Positions 9,399-17,633 of a DNA stretch of 64,000 bases are shown piece by piece. Position numbers and translations under genes: made by a program. The DNA is from a virus. Lineage: Duplodnaviria > Caudoviricetes. Location: the IMG/VR virus record IMGVR_UViG_2772190672_000001, positions 47,281 to 111,280 of that record. One strand, written 5' to 3'. A model generated the notes under the pieces. That model was given only the letters and a program-made list of their open reading frames with translations. It had not been told where the DNA came from and searched no databases. Each line of letters begins with the position of its first letter. Positions within the stretch are counted from its first letter, which is position 1.

Positions 9399-9447
9399 TT
9401 GACCAAACCTCCCGGTTTACTCTCCCTGCACCGGTGGGTTTGGTCAA
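9399..9447 (-). repeat. Repeat R4
   Basis: TTGACC-AAACCTC-CCGGTTTACT-CTC-CCTGCACCGG-TGGGTTT-GGTCAA. Confidence 0.9.
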
Positions 9448-9470
9448 AGAAGCGGCAGGAAAGCCGCTGG

Positions 9471-10271
9471 TCAGGCCCGGCCCGCCAGCTCCGCCAGGGC
9501 CCGGAGGGCGGTAACCGCCGCAGCGAGGTCTCGGACGGCGATCACGTTGAGATCGAGGCCGAGGGCGCGGACGTCGTGAGCCTGACGGGCGGGGACGAGG
9601 ACGGTGCGGTGGCCGTTGATGTGCGCGGTGCGGGCCGCGTCGGTGACGCCGGGGAGACCGTTGATCGCCCCGTCGAAGCCGCGCAGCTCGCCGAGGAGCA
9701 CGACCTGGCCGAGCACGCGGGAGTCGAGCTGGCCGCTGGCGGCGAGGACGGTGCAGGCTGTCGCGAGGTCGAGCGTGCTGGTCACGTTATGGTGGTCGTT
9801 GATCCGGACCGTCACCGCGCCGTCGGGGAAGGTGAAGCCGCTGCTGACGATCGCGCCGTGGATCCGCCCTTCCGGCGCGGTGTCGAAGGTGTGCCATCCG
9901 GTGATCCGGAAGCTGTCCGGGCCGGGCCAGACCGTGGCCTCGACCAGCACCATCCCGGTGCTGGCGGCGCCGTTGGTGTGGGCGGAGGTGGCGGCCAGGT
10001 TGCTGAGGTTGCTGGTCGGGGCGAGCGCGTAGTCGGGGTTGCCGGATGCCCGCCGCAGGCCGTCGATGAAGCTGTCGAGGGCCTCGGCCCCTGTGGCGCC
10101 CTGGATGATGTCCACCTGGCCGAGGGCGTCGCCCGCTTCGACGTCCAGCTCCTCGACCGCCCTGCGCCTGCGAATGAGGTCGGCCGGCGCGGGGGCGATG
10201 TCCCACAGGGTGTAGCTGGCGGCGTCCCTGCGGCCGACGATGATGAACTCGGGGGTGCGGGTGGTGATCAT
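9471..10271 (-). CDS. Second ComM/YifB N-terminal-domain protein, no ATPase
   Basis: RIHGAIVSSGFTFP...DLATACTVLAASGQLD...VLLGELRGFDG. Confidence 0.7.
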   Translation of the reverse strand: MITTRTPEFIIVGRRDAASYTLWDIAPAPADLIRRRRAVEELDVEAGDALGQVDIIQGATGAEALDSFIDGLRRASGNPDYALAPTSNLSNLAATSAHTNGAASTGMVLVEATVWPGPDSFRITGWHTFDTAPEGRIHGAIVSSGFTFPDGAVTVRINDHHNVTSTLDLATACTVLAASGQLDSRVLGQVVLLGELRGFDGAINGLPGVTDAARTAHINGHRTVLVPARQAHDVRALGLDLNVIAVRDLAAAVTALRALAELAGRA

Positions 10272-10290
10272 GGCTTTCTCCCTGGGGTGA

Positions 10291-10381
10291 GGTGGCGGTT
10301 CCGGGGCGGGCGGCGCGCACCGGGCTCGGGGCCCGTCGCGCCGCCTGCGCCGGAGGCAGCCGCCCGGCCGCCCGGCCGTCA
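10291..10381 (-). repeat. GC-rich structured intergenic element, copy 2
   Basis: GGTGGCGGTTCCGGGGCGGGCGGCGCGCACCGGGC...GCCCGTCGCGC shared with 9048-9139. Confidence 0.7.
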
Positions 10382-10651
10382 GGACTTGCGGCGGTTGATG
10401 GTGTGGAGGGTGACGCCCTCGGCGGCCAGGGCCCGGCAGATGTTGCCGCGCACCCACCCGCCCCAGCCGTCCGACTCGTACTCGGCGAGGAACTGGCGCC
10501 GCTTCGGGTGCGCCGCGTTCGGGCTGAACGTGGCAGCCAGCTCGTAGGCCAGGGTCCGGGTGTTCCACGGGCCCTCGAACAGCCCGTCGGAGATGTCGCT
10601 GTCCTCCAGGTCCCAGTACAGATGGAGGAGGGGGGTCCGGGTCTGGTCCAT
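10379..10651 (-). CDS. Hypothetical protein
   Basis: GGAG RBS; follows R5. Confidence 0.7.
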   Translation of the reverse strand: MDQTRTPLLHLYWDLEDSDISDGLFEGPWNTRTLAYELAATFSPNAAHPKRRQFLAEYESDGWGGWVRGNICRALAAEGVTLHTINRRKS

Positions 10652-10699
10652 GTCTGGCGCTCCGTCCCTGATGGGTGGTGGTGTGTCCTGCCTTCATCT

Positions 10700-10748
10700 T
10701 TCCGCAAACAAGCCGGGATAACCTCGCTATCCCGGCTGAATTGGTCAA
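10700..10748 (-). repeat. Repeat R5
   Basis: TTCCGC-AAACAAG-CCGGGATAAC-CTC-GCTATCCCGG-CTGAATT-GGTCAA. Confidence 0.85.
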
Positions 10749-10770
10749 GGATTGTCAGGAAAGCCGCTGG

Positions 10771-12567
10771 TCAGGCGGCCAGGTCGTAGCGGTCGATCTC
10801 CTCGCCGGTGATGCACTCGGCGAGCATGCAGATCAGGACCTCCGAGACGTTCGGGGTGACCGCGTTGCCCAGCTGGCGCACCCGGTCGCGCTTCGAGCCC
10901 AGCACCACGTAGTCGTCGGCGAAGGCCATCGCGCGCTGGATCTCGTGCGGCTGGAGCATCCGGAACAGGACGTCTTCGATCTTGATGTCCCCCTGGACCA
11001 GGGCGAAGCGGTCACGGGTGGAGATCGCGCCGACGGGCTCGCTGACCGGGCGCGGGGTCCCGTTGCCGTAGTACGGGGCCAGGAAGGGTTCCCAGGTGAC
11101 GAGGGACTGGTGGCCGGTGGTGGTGAGGGTCCGCATCGGCTCGGCCAGGTCGGTGCAGTGCTCGCCGCCGTCGCCGGTGGAGCCGTTGTTCCGCATCATC
11201 ATGCCCGGCATCGGGACCGCGGCCAGGCCGTGGTGATTGCCGCTGGCGCAGACCGTCGCGAGCGGGTCGCTGATCGCGCGGACGTCGCTGCTGCCGCCCC
11301 GGATCTCGGTGATGAACGGCAGCCACGCGAGCCCGGCCTCGGCCCTGGCGGTCTGGGTCTGCATCGGCCCGTAGACCGTGCGGGCGTTCTTGCCTTCGCG
11401 GCCGTCGCACGGGACGAGCAGCGGCGGTACCGCCAGCGCGTCATTCTCGCGGGTGGTGCGGGTCGGCATCGGGTCGAGGAGGTCGGTGGCCGAGTCCCGC
11501 CAGGTGCCGCCGGTGGGCACCATCAGCGGGCGGGCGAACTTGTCCAGCCCGGCCTGGATGCGCCGCATCGTCTTCTCGGCCAGCGGGGTCTTGCGGTCGC
11601 CGATCCGACCGCCCGCGATCGACCAGTCGATGGCCGCCGCCGCGGGGAGCGTCTCGGGTTCCACGATCTGGTGGCCACACTTCGTGTTCGGGCACCGGTA
11701 GTCGTACTGGCTCTTGTACCGGCCCATGTCGACGCCGGGCTTCCGGAAGACCTGCCGGGCCTTGACCATCTGGTCGCAGCCGGTGCAGAACGCTGAGGGG
11801 GCGAGCCACTTCTCGAAGTTCGGGGTGCGGCCGAGGCTCTGGTGCCAGTAGACCAGGTAGAGACGGTCGCGGGACTGCGGGGCGCGGTGCACCGAGCGCG
11901 GCTCGGCGTGCATCGAGTTCAGCGCGACCAGCCGGGTCCGGTAGCCCATCTTGTGGAACTCCGCGATCCAGCGGTCCCACTCGGCCCACTGCCGGACGTC
12001 GACCACGTTCTCGACCACGCCCGCCTTGACCAGGCCGCCGCGCTCGATTACGCCTCGCAGGTAGAGCGGGATCTCTTCCATCAGCGCCCGACTGGCCTCA
12101 TCCTCCGCCGTCGGGCCGCTGTCCCTCTCGTCCTCCGTCTGGAACTTATCCGCCTCCAGGTCTGCGTACAGGTCGAGCAGGTCGCCCTGGACGGCCTTGG
12201 CGAAGTCCCGCTTTTTGCCCTGGGCAATGCTCCACCGAGTGCACTCGGGCGAGCCCCAGTGGATGTCGGTGATCGGCCAGGCCCAGACCGGGGCCTTGCG
12301 GATGTCGCCGATGTAGTGGGCGACGCCGGGGAAGTTCCGCTCGTGACTCTCGATCGCCCGCCGCCAGTGGTTCGCGGCCCGGGTCACCTTGACGTTCGGG
12401 ACGGCGTCCGCGCCCTGGGTGGAGCCACCCGCCCCGCAGAACCAGTCCATGACCGACAGCTCGGTGCCGTCGTGCCTGTACGCCTTGGTTCGCCGGCGCA
12501 GGGCGTAGGTCTGGGCCGAGCTGGAGGCCGAGGCCATCGCGCGGGTGGTGGAGGAGATGTAGGGCAT
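10771..12567 (-). CDS. C5 cytosine DNA methyltransferase (no cognate nuclease seen)
   Basis: Motifs FCGAGG (I), SPEC (IV), ENV (VI), QSRDR (VIII), LGNAV (X). Confidence 0.95.
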   Translation of the reverse strand: MPYISSTTRAMASASSSAQTYALRRRTKAYRHDGTELSVMDWFCGAGGSTQGADAVPNVKVTRAANHWRRAIESHERNFPGVAHYIGDIRKAPVWAWPITDIHWGSPECTRWSIAQGKKRDFAKAVQGDLLDLYADLEADKFQTEDERDSGPTAEDEASRALMEEIPLYLRGVIERGGLVKAGVVENVVDVRQWAEWDRWIAEFHKMGYRTRLVALNSMHAEPRSVHRAPQSRDRLYLVYWHQSLGRTPNFEKWLAPSAFCTGCDQMVKARQVFRKPGVDMGRYKSQYDYRCPNTKCGHQIVEPETLPAAAAIDWSIAGGRIGDRKTPLAEKTMRRIQAGLDKFARPLMVPTGGTWRDSATDLLDPMPTRTTRENDALAVPPLLVPCDGREGKNARTVYGPMQTQTARAEAGLAWLPFITEIRGGSSDVRAISDPLATVCASGNHHGLAAVPMPGMMMRNNGSTGDGGEHCTDLAEPMRTLTTTGHQSLVTWEPFLAPYYGNGTPRPVSEPVGAISTRDRFALVQGDIKIEDVLFRMLQPHEIQRAMAFADDYVVLGSKRDRVRQLGNAVTPNVSEVLICMLAECITGEEIDRYDLAA

Positions 12568-12611
12568 TCGGTCCGTCCCTTCCGGGTGGGTGGGTGTGTC
12601 GTCCTCTTTCA

Positions 12612-12660
12612 TTGACCCCACCCCTCGGGATAACCTCGTTATCCCGATGGGTTTGGTCAA
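12612..12660 (-). repeat. Repeat R6
   Basis: TTGACC-CCACCCC-TCGGGATAAC-CTC-GTTATCCCGA-TGGGTTT-GGTCAA (perfect inner stem). Confidence 0.95.
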
Positions 12661-12683
12661 AGAATCGTCAGTGAAGCCGCGGG

Positions 12684-13568
12684 TCAGATGCCGTCCGGCC
12701 GGAACGGGATCAGGGGGAAAAGGTCCCGGTCGAGCGCGTACCAGCCCCACTCGTGGCCGCCGATGGCGTACCGGCCGTCGGCGTTGGGGTGGAGGACCTC
12801 GACCGCCTGCTCGCGCCGCTCGCCGGCGAGGTGCATCCAGCAGGTGACGATGACGACCGCGTGCCGGGTGCGGTTGACCCTGCCGCTCAGGACGTGAACG
12901 GTGTCGATCGAGCCGTGCCCGTACCTGGCGGCGTCTCGCTGGGTGTCGGCGGCGATCCGGCGGACGGTGCGGAGGTCGAGCCAGGGCCGCACGTAGCCGT
13001 CGCGCTGGTCAGCGGGGTCGATGAGCGCCGGGTAGTGGTCGCGGTCGTTGGCACACACCAGGACTTCGACCATCGAGCCGGGGGCGGCTTCCGGGGCGGC
13101 CGGGCTGGGCGGGTCGAGGGTGAGGGAGGCGGCCCGCATGAGGTCGAGGGTGAAGGCGGGTCGGCCGTAGCGGTCGGGCAGTTCGTCGCACAGTGGGCGC
13201 CAGACACCTCGGGTGTTGTCGTCCAGGTATGCCGTCCAGCCACTGAGGTCGTGCAGGGCGTTCCCGGCCTCGGTCTGGCCGACGTCGTCGGTGAAGGTGC
13301 GCTCGGCGCCGGCCGTCGTCCAGTAGCGGCCGGTGGGAAACAGCGAGTCCTCGCCTGCGACCAGTTCGAGGCGGGCGGCATCGAAGGGGGCGCCGGGCTG
13401 GTGGCCGGTGAGGATGTCGCGGACGGCCGCGGCGGTGACGACGAGCATGACGCGGCCGAGCTGCTCGTGCGCGGTCTGGTTGTCGTTCAGGGCCTGGTCG
13501 ACGGCTGCGCCGAGCGCGCTGCTGGCGGGCAGTTCGTAGGCGGGGCGAGAAGGGGGCTGGCGGTCCAT
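12684..13568 (-). CDS. Hypothetical protein, partial paralog of 14599-15702
   Basis: Shared GYVRP..L..TQ...DTVHV...P.ADGRY.IGG.EW.W domain. Confidence 0.75.
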   Translation of the reverse strand: MDRQPPSRPAYELPASSALGAAVDQALNDNQTAHEQLGRVMLVVTAAAVRDILTGHQPGAPFDAARLELVAGEDSLFPTGRYWTTAGAERTFTDDVGQTEAGNALHDLSGWTAYLDDNTRGVWRPLCDELPDRYGRPAFTLDLMRAASLTLDPPSPAAPEAAPGSMVEVLVCANDRDHYPALIDPADQRDGYVRPWLDLRTVRRIAADTQRDAARYGHGSIDTVHVLSGRVNRTRHAVVIVTCWMHLAGERREQAVEVLHPNADGRYAIGGHEWGWYALDRDLFPLIPFRPDGI

Positions 13569-13611
13569 GCCGGGTCCGTTCTGTGTGTGGTGGGTGTTGC
13601 ATCCTCGATCA

Positions 13612-13660
13612 TTGACCCCACCATCCGGGGTAACCTCGTTACCCCGGCCGATTTGGTCAA
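13612..13660 (-). repeat. Repeat R7
   Basis: TTGACC-CCACCAT-CCGGGGTAAC-CTC-GTTACCCCGG-CCGATTT-GGTCAA (perfect inner stem). Confidence 0.95.
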
Positions 13661-13682
13661 AGAAGCGTCAGGAAGTCGCTGG

Positions 13683-14570
13683 TCAGGCCGTGATGCCGTC
13701 GGCCAGGTACGAGCCACCGTCAGCCACACGCAGGGCGAATACCTCGGCCTTCGGGCCGCGCTCGGCGCGCAGGGCGCCGTGCCAGCGGTATCCGTCGAAG
13801 TCGGGCCGTCGGCCGCCTTCGTTCTGCCAGTGCAGCTGCCATCCGGGCCAACCCGGCTTGCTGGAGTCGCTCAGCCCGCCGGCGAACCCGAGCGAGCAGA
13901 CGAGCAGCCGCAGCCCGACCATGAACGCCTTGGAGTGCATGCGCACCTGGTTCCGCTCACGGTGCGGGGCGCCGTGGACGAGGCCCACGAGGAACGCGAT
14001 CCGCAGCGTCTCGGGCATCGTCAGCGCCCAGGCCGGGAAGCGGCGTCCGGCCCCGTACTGGCCGAAGTGCTCGGCGAGCCAGTCGACCAGCTCGGGCCGC
14101 AGTGCCGCCGCGGCTGAGCCCTTGAGCCGGATCATGGCCCCGGCCGTGCGGAAGACGTCCACGGGGTCGGCGTCGGCGAGGGGGGCGGGCAGGTCGGGGA
14201 TCGCCAGCGGATCCCCGAAGTGGAGGGGTGAGGCCAGCCGGTGTCGGTCGGTCAGGTCGCGGACCCTGGTCCAGCCCGCAGCTGACAGCTCACCGGCCGG
14301 GCCACCGTCCAGCAGGACGGGCGCGGTTCGCGCGTGGAACGGGTGGTCGGCCGTCGTGACGAGGCCGGTGGCGAGCGTGGCGCAGTGGACGCGGACAGTG
14401 TCGGCGATGGCGCTCATAGTCTCGGTGACCGGCTGCCACCGGCGCTCGTGGGTGAACACCTCATCCCCGGCGGTGACGGTTTCGATGGGGGTGAGGCCGC
14501 GCAGAGTCAGGATCATCGTTCCGGCGGCGAAGCCCTCGGGGGCGGGCTCCAGGGGGGTCTGGTTGCTCAT
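13683..14570 (-). CDS. Free-standing Hint/intein-like protein with degenerate LAGLIDADG region
   Basis: GFAAGTMILTLRGLTPIE (block A), LVTTADHPF (block B), AFLVGLVHG, VFALRVADGGSYLADGITA (blocks F/G without HN). Confidence 0.75.
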   Translation of the reverse strand: MSNQTPLEPAPEGFAAGTMILTLRGLTPIETVTAGDEVFTHERRWQPVTETMSAIADTVRVHCATLATGLVTTADHPFHARTAPVLLDGGPAGELSAAGWTRVRDLTDRHRLASPLHFGDPLAIPDLPAPLADADPVDVFRTAGAMIRLKGSAAAALRPELVDWLAEHFGQYGAGRRFPAWALTMPETLRIAFLVGLVHGAPHRERNQVRMHSKAFMVGLRLLVCSLGFAGGLSDSSKPGWPGWQLHWQNEGGRRPDFDGYRWHGALRAERGPKAEVFALRVADGGSYLADGITA

Positions 14571-14598
14571 GTGGCGTCCTTGTCTCGTCGGGCGGGGG

Positions 14599-15702
14599 TC
14601 AGAGGGTGGGGAAGGTGATTCGGTAGACGTTGGCGGACCGCTCGTCCGGGATGTGCTCCCAGCCGGGTGCCGCCGCCAGGTCGGCCGGCTCGCTGCTGTC
14701 GATGGCGTGATGCAGGTAGGCGTCTGCGGCGCCGAGGGTCTCGGTGTCGAAGACGCCGCCGTCGTCGGCCGTGTCGAGCTCCGTGTCTCCGGCGTAGACC
14801 TGGACGATGTGGGGGCGGCCTTCGTGGATGTCGATCAGCGCCGAGGTCGCCGACGGGGCCAGCCGCCGCAGGGCGGCCGCGGCCGTCCAGCGGGCGATCT
14901 CCAGGGGTGCGGTCGGCTGGTGGTCGCGGGTGAGGCCGCACCAGCACCGCTCGTGCCAGTCGGAGTACCGGCCGCACACGCAGTTCCAGTGGGCGTAGCT
15001 CCAGCACCACTCCCAACCGCCGATGCTGTACCGGCCTTCGTCGTCGGGCTCGATGATGAGGGTGGACTGCTCGGCGCCCTCGTCCTCCATGTACGTCCAG
15101 GAGACCCGCAGGACGAACGCCAGCGGCTTGCCGTCGTGGTCCTTCGCGCCGCAGTCGATGACGTGCACGGTGTCGACGCCGTCGCCGTTGAACTCTTCGG
15201 CCAGCTGCTGGGTCTGGGCGGCCAGTTGGAGGGCGGCGTCCAGGGTGAAGCGGGGCGAGACGAAGCCGTTCCAGAGGTTGTGCGGGTCGACCTTGGCGTC
15301 GAGGGGGCCGAGGGTGTCGTCGATGCAGACCTTGGTGTCGACGGTGCGGAGGCGGGAGGCGATCCGGTAAATCTCGGCCTGCCGGTGCTCCCCCTCCCAG
15401 CTGTCGCCGTCGAAGTCGAGTTCGTCGGCCAGGGTCCGGGAGAGCTGCCGGTAGAGCGCTTTGCGGTGCGGGAGGCTGCCGTCCTCGCGGGCGGCCTGCC
15501 ATGCCTTCATCCAGGCGTGCCTGTCGAAGCGGGCGGCGGGCGGCATGCCGGCGGCTGCTTGGAGGCAGACCCTGCGGTCGAGGTGGACGGTGGCGTTGGG
15601 GTCGCCGGTGGCCTGCATGGCGCGGGCCTGGGCGATCCGGGCCACGATGACGAGGGCTGCGGCCAGTTCGGTCTGGGTGACGTCTGGGGTCGTGCTGGTC
15701 AT
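14599..15702 (-). CDS. Hypothetical protein, partial paralog of 12684-13568
   Basis: GFVSPRF..TQ..DTVHV..PDDEGRYSIGGWEWCW. Confidence 0.75.
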   Translation of the reverse strand: MTSTTPDVTQTELAAALVIVARIAQARAMQATGDPNATVHLDRRVCLQAAAGMPPAARFDRHAWMKAWQAAREDGSLPHRKALYRQLSRTLADELDFDGDSWEGEHRQAEIYRIASRLRTVDTKVCIDDTLGPLDAKVDPHNLWNGFVSPRFTLDAALQLAAQTQQLAEEFNGDGVDTVHVIDCGAKDHDGKPLAFVLRVSWTYMEDEGAEQSTLIIEPDDEGRYSIGGWEWCWSYAHWNCVCGRYSDWHERCWCGLTRDHQPTAPLEIARWTAAAALRRLAPSATSALIDIHEGRPHIVQVYAGDTELDTADDGGVFDTETLGAADAYLHHAIDSSEPADLAAAPGWEHIPDERSANVYRITFPTL

Positions 15703-15769
15703 GACGGTGGTACCTCTCGTGGGGTGGATGGTGGGGGCTCCGCCGGGCGGGCGGGGCGCCGTGGGTGGT

Positions 15770-16066
15770 TCAGCCGGTGAAGAGGGCCAGCCACTCGTTC
15801 GCGCGGGCCGGGAGGCGCGTGTCCTTGCCCGCCCAGGCCATCTCGTCGTCGATCTGGCGGGCGAGCAGCTCGAACCGCTCGGGGGTGAAGTGCTCGCCCC
15901 GCTCCAGCGCCTGGGCCAGGGAGTGGGCCTTGATGGCGGCCGCCCGCATCGCTTCCTTCTCGCAGCCGAAGCCGAGGAGGTCGGCGCGGGCGCCGGCGAC
16001 CGTGCCGTAGCCGGTCAGGGCCACGGCCGTTGCCTGGGCCTCGGTGGTGACGGTGATGGTGGCCAT
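15770..16066 (-). CDS. Hypothetical protein
   Basis: GGGAG RBS; follows R8. Confidence 0.7.
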   Translation of the reverse strand: MATITVTTEAQATAVALTGYGTVAGARADLLGFGCEKEAMRAAAIKAHSLAQALERGEHFTPERFELLARQIDDEMAWAGKDTRLPARANEWLALFTG

Positions 16067-16108
16067 GCCGGGCTCCCTGGGTGATGGTGGGTGGTGACAC
16101 CTTCTTCA

Positions 16109-16157
16109 TTGACCCCACCTGCCGGGATAACCTCGATATCCCGGTTGATTTGGTCAG
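16109..16157 (-). repeat. Repeat R8
   Basis: TTGACC-CCACCTG-CCGGGATAAC-CTC-GATATCCCGG-TTGATTT-GGTCAG. Confidence 0.9.
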
Positions 16158-16181
16158 GGAATCGACAATGAAGCCGCTGGT

Positions 16182-17009
16182 TCAGGCCATCGCGAACAGG
16201 TCGAGCTGGAACGGCTGGCGCTGGTGCCAGCCGTGGGTGGGGAGGGTGCCGTCAGGGTCGGCATCCAGGCACAGGAGGACGGTCCTGACGTCCGCCCCGG
16301 ACGGCTTGAACGCGTCGTCGGGCAGCGGGACGATCTCGCCCTCGTTGTCGGCGATCAGCTTGCGGAACTCCTGCGCGGGCCGGTCGAGGTGCCAGGTGAT
16401 CGACTCGGGCATGACGGCCACGAGGGTGCCACCGTCCTTCAGGAAGCCCAGGGCGTGCATGACGTGGGCGGTGGCGTTGCCGAAGGGCGGGTTCATCAGG
16501 ATGCGGTCGTACGGCTCATCGATGGCGAGCGGGTCGAGGTCGAGGAAGTCGCCCTGGACGACCTGGCGGGCGATGCCGAGCTCCCGGAGGACGTGGGCTC
16601 GGCGGGGGTCGATCTCGACGCAGTCCACGATGCCCATCTCCTCGGCGGCCCGCTTGGCGAGCGAGCCGACACCGGCCGACGGTTCCAGCACCGTGTGGCC
16701 GACTCGGATCGAGGCGTGCTCCAGCATGTCAAACACCACGGCGGGCGGGGTCGGGTACCAGCCCTGTTCGAACTTCGACGGCCACTCGCCGGCCGCGAGG
16801 CAGTCGCGCATGAACTGCTCCACCGGGAAGGGGAAGACGTGGGCTCGAACCGCCTTGCGGCCGTCCCACCGGCCGCCAATGTCCTTGAGCATCTGGTTCA
16901 TCCGGCCGTACAGAGCGCGGTCGAGCTCGAAGGGGACGGCTACGCGGTCGCCGCTGATGATCGTGCGGTAGTCGGTGAGGACGGTGAGGACGTCGGCCGG
17001 GATCTGCAT
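16182..17009 (-). CDS. Small N6-adenine-type SAM-dependent methyltransferase
   Basis: WYPTP, VLEPSAGVG, VQGDFL, MNPPF. Confidence 0.9.
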   Translation of the reverse strand: MQIPADVLTVLTDYRTIISGDRVAVPFELDRALYGRMNQMLKDIGGRWDGRKAVRAHVFPFPVEQFMRDCLAAGEWPSKFEQGWYPTPPAVVFDMLEHASIRVGHTVLEPSAGVGSLAKRAAEEMGIVDCVEIDPRRAHVLRELGIARQVVQGDFLDLDPLAIDEPYDRILMNPPFGNATAHVMHALGFLKDGGTLVAVMPESITWHLDRPAQEFRKLIADNEGEIVPLPDDAFKPSGADVRTVLLCLDADPDGTLPTHGWHQRQPFQLDLFAMA

Positions 17010-17086
17010 CGGTGCTCCTTCGCGCGTGCGGGCAGAACTGGGGGCGCCCCGCCACTGAGGGCGGGGCGCTGAGGAGGTGGGGCGGG

Positions 17087-17482
17087 TCAGGCGGGGATGG
17101 CGGCTTCCTCGTCGCCCTGGATGTCGAGCGCCGCGCACTGGAGGTCGTTGTCGGTGGCGAACTCGCCGTTGCGGATTCGGGCGAGCATGCCGGCCTGGCC
17201 CTCGGGGCCGAGCTGGGCGATGTGATAGCCGCTGTCCCCAGAGAGGGCGCCGTGGTCGACCATGGCCTGGGCGCCGGCGGAGAGCTTGCGGAGCGCGAGC
17301 CGGTTGAGGACGCGGGCCCAGTGGACGCGGGTCATGGGGCCGATCTCCTCGGCTGTGTATCCGGCGTCGGCGAGGAGGCCGTAGATCCGGGCCTCGACCA
17401 TGGGGGTGCCGTGGGCCTGGTCGATCTGGTTGGCGATCTGCTGGGCGATCTCGATGGGGATGACCTTGCTACTGGCGTCCAT
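17087..17482 (-). CDS. ParB-central-HTH-like small protein
   Basis: PMVEARIY..L...RLALRKLSAGAQAMVDHGAL...IAQL..EGQ aligns by eye with the HTH region of ParB 4890-6053. Confidence 0.55.
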   Translation of the reverse strand: MDASSKVIPIEIAQQIANQIDQAHGTPMVEARIYGLLADAGYTAEEIGPMTRVHWARVLNRLALRKLSAGAQAMVDHGALSGDSGYHIAQLGPEGQAGMLARIRNGEFATDNDLQCAALDIQGDEEAAIPA

Positions 17483-17530
17483 TACTGCCCCTTTCCGGGG
17501 GATTTGGCGTGTTGTGTCGCATCCTCTTCA

Positions 17531-17579
17531 TTGACCCCGCCCGCCGGGTTAACCTCCGTAACCTGTTGAGTTTGGTCAA
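17531..17579 (-). repeat. Repeat R9
   Basis: TTGACC-CCGCCCG-CCGGGTTAAC-CTC-CGTAACCTGT-TGAGTTT-GGTCAA. Confidence 0.9.
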
Positions 17580-17633
17580 GTAATCGCCAGCGGAACCTCC
17601 CGGCCGGTGGTCCGCTGCGCGGGCCCCGGCCCG

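Noticed and set aside
13683-14570. Functional intein in a split host gene
   Set aside because: No Cys/Ser1, no terminal Asn, no flanking extein ORF
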